Made by a program: the position numbers and the translations under genes | In this document: piece by piece, positions 57,876-64,000 of the stretch | Numbering within the stretch: the first letter of the stretch is position 1 | Layout: every line of letters begins with the position of its first letter | The notes under the pieces: generated by a model | The model's database searches: none | The model's input: only the letters and a program-made list of their open reading frames with translations | What the model was told of the DNA's origin: nothing | Assembly (NCBI GenBank): GCA_038227875.1 | Contig: JBBRPR010000030.1 | Location: forward strand, 1-64,000 | Direction of reading: 5' to 3' | Length of the DNA: 64,000 nt | From: Planctomycetota bacterium | GTDB lineage: Bacteria > Planctomycetota > SZUA-567 > H5-PLA8

Positions 57876-58427
57876 ATGACCGACTATAAGTCCGTCCTCG
57901 ATTCCATTCAGCGCGACGCGCGTTACCAGACGAATCTCGACTGGGGCCAGCCCCGGTCCGGGCATCCGGAAGGCACCGTCCGCGCACATATTGAAGAACT
58001 CGAACGTAACTTGAAGCGCTTGCGGCCCAAGCTCTCCGGCACGGATCACGACAAATTGAAAGTCCTGATCCACGTCCACGACACGTTCAAGGCGGAAGCC
58101 AAGGCCGGATGCCCGATCACCGATTCGCGCAGCCACGCTTCGCTGGCCAAAAACTTCCTCGCGGAATTCTGCGCCGAGCCCGATCTGCTCGCGATGGTCC
58201 AGTACCACGACGAGCCCTACGCGCTCTGGCGACAGAACCAGCACGGCCGGCTGAAAGAAGAACGCGTCGATGCGCTCGTCGCCGCGATCGCCGACTGGAA
58301 TCTCTTCCTCGCCTTCCTGCTGATCGACGGCAACTGCGCCGGCAAGGATCGCGGCCCGCTGAAATGGATCTTCATGAAGATGGCCGGCCGCGTGAAGACG
58401 GTGTTCTCGGCTGAAGACATTGTGTGA
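57876..58427 (+). CDS. HD-domain protein
   Basis: GHPEG...AH, HVHDTFK, SHA, YHDEP, LID. Confidence 0.75.
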   Translation: MTDYKSVLDSIQRDARYQTNLDWGQPRSGHPEGTVRAHIEELERNLKRLRPKLSGTDHDKLKVLIHVHDTFKAEAKAGCPITDSRSHASLAKNFLAEFCAEPDLLAMVQYHDEPYALWRQNQHGRLKEERVDALVAAIADWNLFLAFLLIDGNCAGKDRGPLKWIFMKMAGRVKTVFSAEDIV

Positions 58428-58434
58428 TTATGAG

Positions 58435-58509
58435 CAGCGGGAATCGGGAATTGGGATTCGGGATTCGTAACTGCGGCGTGCAGCGAATCCCGATTCCCGA
58501 CTCCCGCTG
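58435..58509. repeat. Inverted heptamer tandem repeats between convergent genes (hairpin/terminator)
   Basis: cagcgggaatcgggaattgggattcgggattcg ... cgaatcccgattcccgactcccgctg. Confidence 0.7.
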
Positions 58510-58516
58510 TTCAGTA

Positions 58517-59200
58517 CTACTTCTTCTCGGGCAGATCGCAGCGCTTTAAGAATGCTCCGTCCTTGCCCAGGAACAGAACCTTGTGAGCACCGCCGCCGAA
58601 GGCCACTTCCTGGCCGGCGATCTTCATCACAGATTTCTCGACCGTCCACTTCAGCTTGCGAAAGGTGATCTCCGTCGTGCCCCCGGAGCTCTTTACGCCA
58701 AAGGATCCGGCCTGGATCGACGAACTTCCGCCGCCCATTGCCGTGAACGAGCCGCTCGACATGCCGTTGTACGGCGTCTGTTCGACGACCACGCGGATGT
58801 TGCCAAAATCGCAGACGAAGTCGCCGCCATGGCCATAGTTCTTGAACGAAATATTCTTACCGTCTTCCGAGACCGTCGATTCAAACGGCAGACCGGCCAA
58901 TTCCTTCTGATCGGCCGAGAGCGCGAGCATGTCCTTGGGCGTGTTGAGCGTGCGCAGAATTTCGGCCGCGCGCTCGCGCACTTCCGTGTCTTCGGACTTG
59001 GCGAGTTTCTCCGCCAGTCCGCGGGCCGATTCCCCCGCCGCGATCAGCGCCTTGCTGGCCACTTCGCGCTTGGCAAAGTCGTCGCTGCCCAGATCCTTGC
59101 CGAACTTTTCCAGATCCGCTTTCGCCGGCGCCTCCGCGGCAAACGCCGCGCAACCCAAACACATCACAATGAGCATCCCGGCCACATTCATTTTCGACAT
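58517..59200 (-). CDS. Exported protein with HEAT-like N-region
   Basis: Signal peptide; 'LGSDDFAKRE.AS..L...G......D.EVRERA' similar to the region in 12369-13154. Confidence 0.7.
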   Translation of the reverse strand: MSKMNVAGMLIVMCLGCAAFAAEAPAKADLEKFGKDLGSDDFAKREVASKALIAAGESARGLAEKLAKSEDTEVRERAAEILRTLNTPKDMLALSADQKELAGLPFESTVSEDGKNISFKNYGHGGDFVCDFGNIRVVVEQTPYNGMSSGSFTAMGGGSSSIQAGSFGVKSSGGTTEITFRKLKWTVEKSVMKIAGQEVAFGGGAHKVLFLGKDGAFLKRCDLPEKK

Positions 59201-59316
59201 GCAAAATCTCCCATGAGTACACTATATGACGATCCAACGATGAAAGTGCAACACGGGAGAGGACGGAATGTCATCGAATAAATTTTGAGAATCTTCGATA
59301 GGGCGAACGGGACTGA

Positions 59317-59856
59317 TCACTTGCGAACGATCTGCATCAATATGTCGTGCATGTAATTCATGCGCCGTTCGCTCAGGAGGGAGCCGAACAGAAATTCCTG
59401 CCTGCCTTTGATTGCAATATGCGTCGTCTTTTTTCCGTCTCTACGCGGCTTGTCAAAATACCCTACACTTTCAATTTCGCTCAGCTTAAACCGGTCAGTG
59501 ATTCCAACTAACCACACGCCTTCAAAGATTTCTACGTCGTCACCGCGCGTCCGTATTTCGACTTTACCGCAGACTAACATCATTGCGTACATAACGGAAG
59601 GTATGCCGGCAAAAATGCAGATGATCGAGTACACAAGATAAAAGAGTGGGTATTGAGAAAATTTTCCTTCTACGATTAAGTCTCGATAAAGAATGTAAAC
59701 TACGACTTGAGCCCAAGCAGTAATAAATGGTGTAATTAAGCAACCAACGGATGAGCGCGTTGTAGCAGAAACTGTCAATCCCGATTCCGCCTGCCGACAT
59801 CGAACTCCATCAGGCGGATACTTTAAATCAATCTCGCCGACAGAACCATCGCTCAC
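59317..59856 (-). CDS. Two-TM hypothetical membrane protein, lower GC
   Basis: ATGA overlap with nuoI stop; two hydrophobic segments. Confidence 0.65.
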   Translation of the reverse strand: MSDGSVGEIDLKYPPDGVRCRQAESGLTVSATTRSSVGCLITPFITAWAQVVVYILYRDLIVEGKFSQYPLFYLVYSIICIFAGIPSVMYAMMLVCGKVEIRTRGDDVEIFEGVWLVGITDRFKLSEIESVGYFDKPRRDGKKTTHIAIKGRQEFLFGSLLSERRMNYMHDILMQIVRK

Positions 59857-60596
59857 GCCTTCGGCGGCTCATCCGGCTTCTTCGCTTCTGGCGCCGGAGC
59901 GACAGGCGCGGCAGGAGCCGCAGGCGGTGTCGCAGGCTTCGGTGTAGCAGGCGCAGCCGGCGGCGGTGTTCCCGCGGCGGGCGCGGCGCCTCCTGCAGCG
60001 GCGGCAGCCGCAGCTTCGGCCTTCTTCTTCGCTTCGGCGGCAGCCTTCGCGGCGGCGGCGGCAGCGGCGGCTTTCTTCTTCGCTTCGGCAGCTTCGAAGC
60101 GCTTCTTTTCAATCACGGCCTTCTGATCGGCGGTGAAATACCCCACGCCGAAGCGGCGCAGCTGGCCGTGCAGGTTCGTGCCGTCCGATTCGTTGAACGT
60201 CGCGCCCCACCATTCCTTGGTCATCGTCAGGCAGCCCGTCGGGCAGGCGAAGACGCACAGTCCGCAGTACATGCACTTCAGCAGGTCGATGTCAAAGCGG
60301 CTGGGGCGCAGCTTGTTCGATTCGGTCTTCTCTCCGTCGATCCAGAAACAGTCGATCGGGCAGGCGTTCGCGCAGGCCTTGCAGACGATGCAGCGTTCAA
60401 TGTCGTTGTGCAGATGTCCGCGGAAGCGGTCGGCCACCTTCACGTCGCGAGCCATGGTCATCGAGCCGTCGTAGTCGATGGTCGTCACGGTTTCTTTCTC
60501 GTGGAGATTGGAATCCTTGAGATAACCGCCGGTGACTTTCATGCCCACCATGAACGTCTTCATGCCATCGTAGATGTCCTGCATGAACTGAATCAT
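59853..60596 (-). CDS. nuoI: NADH-quinone oxidoreductase subunit I with Ala/Pro/Lys tail
   Basis: RFRG.L, CIVCKACANACP, FDID..KCMYCGLCVFACP. Confidence 0.9.
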   Translation of the reverse strand: MIQFMQDIYDGMKTFMVGMKVTGGYLKDSNLHEKETVTTIDYDGSMTMARDVKVADRFRGHLHNDIERCIVCKACANACPIDCFWIDGEKTESNKLRPSRFDIDLLKCMYCGLCVFACPTGCLTMTKEWWGATFNESDGTNLHGQLRRFGVGYFTADQKAVIEKKRFEAAEAKKKAAAAAAAAKAAAEAKKKAEAAAAAAAGGAAPAAGTPPPAAPATPKPATPPAAPAAPVAPAPEAKKPDEPPKA

Positions 60597-60637
60597 TCAA
60601 CCACTCCAATTTTTCGCCTGCTTCACGACCGTGAACG

Positions 60638-62152
60638 TTACTGAGCGACCGACGTGCCCTGCAATCCCGACTTCTCCAGCATCTCGCGCTGCGCCCGCTG
60701 TTCGGCCGTGAGCGGCTTGGCGAAGAACCAGCCGATAAACCCGAGCACGCCAAACGCAAACAACAGCCGCAGCACAAACGTAACGTGGAACAGCGATTCC
60801 TCGCTGAACCGCAGCACGATCTGCATGCGCACCAGCATCCACAGCGCCACACCAAAGAAACACGCCATGCCCATCGGAATTAGTTTCTTCCAGCACAGCG
60901 TCATCATCTGGTCGACGCGGTAGCGCGGCAACGTCCAGCGGATCCACATCATCAGCAGCACCAATCCGTACGTCTTGGTGCCGAACACAATCAGATGGAG
61001 CAGCGTGCCGTACCAGTGGAACGCGGGCGTCCAGTGGTTGGCGGCCGTGGCCACATCGTTGGTCATCAAGGCGCTCTCGAGCGGCCCGATGCCCGTCGAC
61101 CAGCCGCCCAGGAAAATCGTCACCGCCAGCGCCGAAGTCACGCACATCATTGCGTATTCAGCCATGAAAAAGAAGGCGAAGCGCATCCCCGTGTATTCCG
61201 TGTGGTAACCGGCGACGAGTTCCGATTCCGCTTCAGGAATGTCGAACGGCGTGCGGTTACATTCGGCCAGCGCCGCCAGGAAATACACCGGGGCGAGCAC
61301 GAACATCGCCGGGTGGAAGAGATTCCACTGCCAGAACCAGCCGGTCGTCATCCCGTTGCCGCCGTCGTGGAATCCGAACTGATCGTAAATCATGCCCTGC
61401 AGCGAGAGCGTGCCGGCGATCATCGCGCCCGTCACCAGCGCCAGTCCCACCGGCAATTCGTAGGAGACAATCTGCGCCGCCGAGCGCATGCCGCCCAGCA
61501 ACGCCCATTTATTGTTGCTGGCCCAGCCGGCCATCAGGATGCCCAGCACTTCCATCGAGGTAATCGCAGCGATGTAGAGTACGCCGGTTTCAAAGTTCGC
61601 CACGTACCACGCGTCCGAGAACGGCAGCGCCGCGCAGGCGCCAAAAGCGGAAGCCAGCACAATCGTCGGCGCCATCTTGAACATCGGCTTGTCGACGGCG
61701 TCGGGAATGATGTCTTCCTTCATGATCAGCTTGATGCCGTCGGCGAGGAAAATCAAAATGCCGGGCGCCAGCTTGATCACCAGTTTGTCGACCAGATCGA
61801 TGACGGGAACCAGCGGCCCGACCAGCGCCGCCATCAGCTTGCCGCCGGCTCCAGCGTTGGGTGACTTGCCGTTGCTGACCGTCGCGCGCGCAAATTCGCC
61901 AAAGAACGCGCCAATGTTACATTTGTTCGGACCGACACGGCGTTGAATGTCCGCCGCCAGTTTGCGCTCGATGTACGTGCTGATCCCGGCCACCGCCTGC
62001 ACCAGCAGAAAGATGATCAAGCAGGGCACAATGATCGCAATCAGGCTCGCCACGCCCGGGTTGGACAGGATATCGATCAGCTTTTGCACCAGCGTGCTGT
62101 GCGGGCCTTCCAGCTGGCCGAGACTGATGAGCAGTGTGTAGATCGCAGACAT
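60638..62152 (-). CDS. nuoH: NADH-quinone oxidoreductase subunit H
   Basis: ERK..A.IQRRVGPN, ADGIKL..KEDI, GWASNNKW.LLG..RS.AQ.VSYE, PFDIPEAESELV.G. Confidence 0.95.
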   Translation of the reverse strand: MSAIYTLLISLGQLEGPHSTLVQKLIDILSNPGVASLIAIIVPCLIIFLLVQAVAGISTYIERKLAADIQRRVGPNKCNIGAFFGEFARATVSNGKSPNAGAGGKLMAALVGPLVPVIDLVDKLVIKLAPGILIFLADGIKLIMKEDIIPDAVDKPMFKMAPTIVLASAFGACAALPFSDAWYVANFETGVLYIAAITSMEVLGILMAGWASNNKWALLGGMRSAAQIVSYELPVGLALVTGAMIAGTLSLQGMIYDQFGFHDGGNGMTTGWFWQWNLFHPAMFVLAPVYFLAALAECNRTPFDIPEAESELVAGYHTEYTGMRFAFFFMAEYAMMCVTSALAVTIFLGGWSTGIGPLESALMTNDVATAANHWTPAFHWYGTLLHLIVFGTKTYGLVLLMMWIRWTLPRYRVDQMMTLCWKKLIPMGMACFFGVALWMLVRMQIVLRFSEESLFHVTFVLRLLFAFGVLGFIGWFFAKPLTAEQRAQREMLEKSGLQGTSVAQ

Positions 62153-62175
62153 GTCGCTTTTTTCGTCCTCTGTTT

Positions 62176-62463
62176 TTAGCGCCGCTTCTCGTCGCTACCG
62201 GTCGCCTTCATCACGATCTTGTCGTTCCAGAACTGAAAAACCACTTCTCCATCCGAACACTTGTACGTCCACGTTTCCGTCGAGCCCAGCATCGGCACGT
62301 CCATCATCTGCAGATCGTCCGGCTTGCCCAGCGCATCGCGCAGCTTATCCTTCTTCTTGATGCCATTGGCCTTCGCAATCAGATCCTGTTTCGTCGGCGT
62401 CCCGCAGCCGCTGAGCAGCAGCAGAGACAACACTGTCACAACTCCGCCCGCGCGCCTCCGCAT
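62176..62463 (-). CDS. Small lipoprotein (SmpA/BamE-like fold candidate) inside nuo operon
   Basis: Lipobox LSGC; LGKPD...ETWTY. Confidence 0.7.
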   Translation of the reverse strand: MRRRAGGVVTVLSLLLLSGCGTPTKQDLIAKANGIKKKDKLRDALGKPDDLQMMDVPMLGSTETWTYKCSDGEVVFQFWNDKIVMKATGSDEKRR

Positions 62464-62474
62464 AATCAACTCCG

Positions 62475-63692
62475 TTACCGGTCCACTTCCGGCAGCACGA
62501 TGTCAAAGCACCCGATCACCGCAATCACGTCGCCGATCAGCAATCCGCGCGTGACTTCTTCGAAGCAATTGAGCGCCGTGTACGATCCCGTGCGGATCTT
62601 GATGCGCACCGGCTTGTCCGAACCGTCGCTGATGATGTAGTAGCCCGTCTCGCCGCGCGGATTTTCGCTGCGCACGTACACTTCGCCGCGCTTCACCTTC
62701 AGGCGACCCGGCAAGCGCGCCTGGTACTGGCGGTCAGGATGATCGGCCGGCAACTTCTCGTTCTCGCGCATCATCGCCGCGATCTGTTTGACGATCTTGA
62801 TCGATTCGAAGACTTCCTTCACGCGCACCACATAGCGGTCGTAACAGTCGCCCAGCGTCCCGTGGGGATTGCTGCCGCCCGGGAGGCCGCCGTCGCCGAT
62901 CGGCACTTCAAACTTGAGCTGCGGGTAAATCGAGTACGGATCGTCGCGGCGCACGTCGAACTTCACGCCCGAACCGCGCAGATTCGGTCCGACCAGGCCC
63001 CAGTTGATCGCTTGCTCCGGCGAGACGATGCCGACGTTGCAGAGTCGTTCCTTGAAGATTGAATTGCCGGTGATCAGTTCGTTGAATTCGACCATGCGCG
63101 GCCAGAGGTAATCGGCGAACTGGTCGCACTTGTCGATGAATCCCGGAGGCGCGTCGTACGAGACGCCGCCGACGGTCATGTAATTGTAGGTCAGGCGCGC
63201 ACCGCAGACTTCTTCGAAGATATCGTTGACCAGTTCGCGGTGGCAGATGCCGTGCAAAAACGGCGTGTATGCGCCCATGTCCATCGCCAGCGCGCCGACG
63301 CAGATCATGTGGCTGCTGATGCGGTTGAGCTCCGCGACCATCACGCGCATCAGTTCCGCGCGCAGCGGCACCTTGATGTTGCCCAGCTTCTCCGCTCCCA
63401 GCGCGTACGCGTGGTTGGAATTCATCGAGCAGAGGTAATCGACGCGATCGGTGTACGGCATGAACTGACGGTAGTCGACGTACTCGCCGATCTTCTCGAT
63501 CGCGCGGTGCAGGTAGCCAATGTCCGGGCGCGCCGCGACGACGACTTCGCCGTCGGTGACGACTTCCAGGCGCAGCACGCCGTGCGTCGACGGGTGATGC
63601 GGTCCCATCGACAGGACCATCTCTTCCGACTGCATGCGGCCCTTCTCGTCTTTCACGTCGGTCTCGAGAAGATTTTGCGCAACCATGGGCAT
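62475..63692 (-). CDS. nuoD: NADH-quinone oxidoreductase subunit D
   Basis: MGPHHPSTHGVLRL, GYLHR..EK, DRVDY, ELNRISSH, ENPRGE, D.V..EVDR. Confidence 0.95.
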   Translation of the reverse strand: MPMVAQNLLETDVKDEKGRMQSEEMVLSMGPHHPSTHGVLRLEVVTDGEVVVAARPDIGYLHRAIEKIGEYVDYRQFMPYTDRVDYLCSMNSNHAYALGAEKLGNIKVPLRAELMRVMVAELNRISSHMICVGALAMDMGAYTPFLHGICHRELVNDIFEEVCGARLTYNYMTVGGVSYDAPPGFIDKCDQFADYLWPRMVEFNELITGNSIFKERLCNVGIVSPEQAINWGLVGPNLRGSGVKFDVRRDDPYSIYPQLKFEVPIGDGGLPGGSNPHGTLGDCYDRYVVRVKEVFESIKIVKQIAAMMRENEKLPADHPDRQYQARLPGRLKVKRGEVYVRSENPRGETGYYIISDGSDKPVRIKIRTGSYTALNCFEEVTRGLLIGDVIAVIGCFDIVLPEVDR

Positions 63693-63721
63693 GGGTCAGT
63701 ACCTCGTGTTGTCTTTCGGAG

Positions 63722-64000
63722 TTATTTCTTCTCGGCCAGGCCGAGCTTTTCGAGCAACTGCTTCTCTTGCAGTTCGCGTTCGGCGATGCCGCGTTCGACT
63801 TCGTCGGCAAAGAACTGATCGGCGCGGACCGTCGGGATGCCGTGGTAATCCATCGGGTACTCGTAATCCTTGCGGCCCGGCCAGCCTACCCAGTCCGGCG
63901 GATTGATGATTCGCCGCAGGTCGGGATGGTTCTTGAAGATGATGCCGTAAAGATCGTACGCTTCGCGTTCGAAGAAATTCGCGACCATCCACAAGTCGAC
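63722..64000 (-). CDS. nuoC: NADH-quinone oxidoreductase subunit C (5' truncated by window edge)
   Basis: [32 protein letters not shown]. Confidence 0.9.
   Translation of the reverse strand, partial: VDLWMVANFFEREAYDLYGIIFKNHPDLRRIINPPDWVGWPGRKDYEYPMDYHGIPTVRADQFFADEVERGIAERELQEKQLLEKLGLAEKK

Overview
GC-rich bacterial chromosomal window. The gene content suggests a Planctomycetota/PVC-type organism, but this is inference only. Left (1-15.3 kb): REP-like palindromes, a large secreted PKD-type protein, SWIB protein, oxidoreductase, cNMP-binding protein, hydrolase, an HpnP-like B12 radical SAM methylase, a TMTC/TPR membrane protein, a PDZ protein, a MITE and a JAB protease. Middle: a ~15.6 kb element integrated in tRNA-Leu(CAG), bounded by a 60-bp direct repeat. 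It encodes an integrase, a split repressor-like pair, an iteron-bearing initiator, a primase-helicase and HNH/cos/TerS packaging functions. I see no large terminase, portal or major capsid. It does carry a short tape-measure-like gene, a tail-like gene, a beta-propeller receptor-binding candidate and two small proteins resembling the HK97 capsid N-terminal scaffold. This candidate 'tail-supplying' phage satellite is the most novel item. Right: an MscS-ParB fusion, glnE, a phosphohexomutase, pilT/MshEN/pilB/pilC/pilS/pilR, purN, a sigma54-preceded repeat adhesin, a probable UGA-recoded selenocysteine thioredoxin missed by the ORF track, a caspase-Tudor protein and a partial nuoC-D-H-I operon. 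All product calls come from recognising motifs by eye; no database searches were run.
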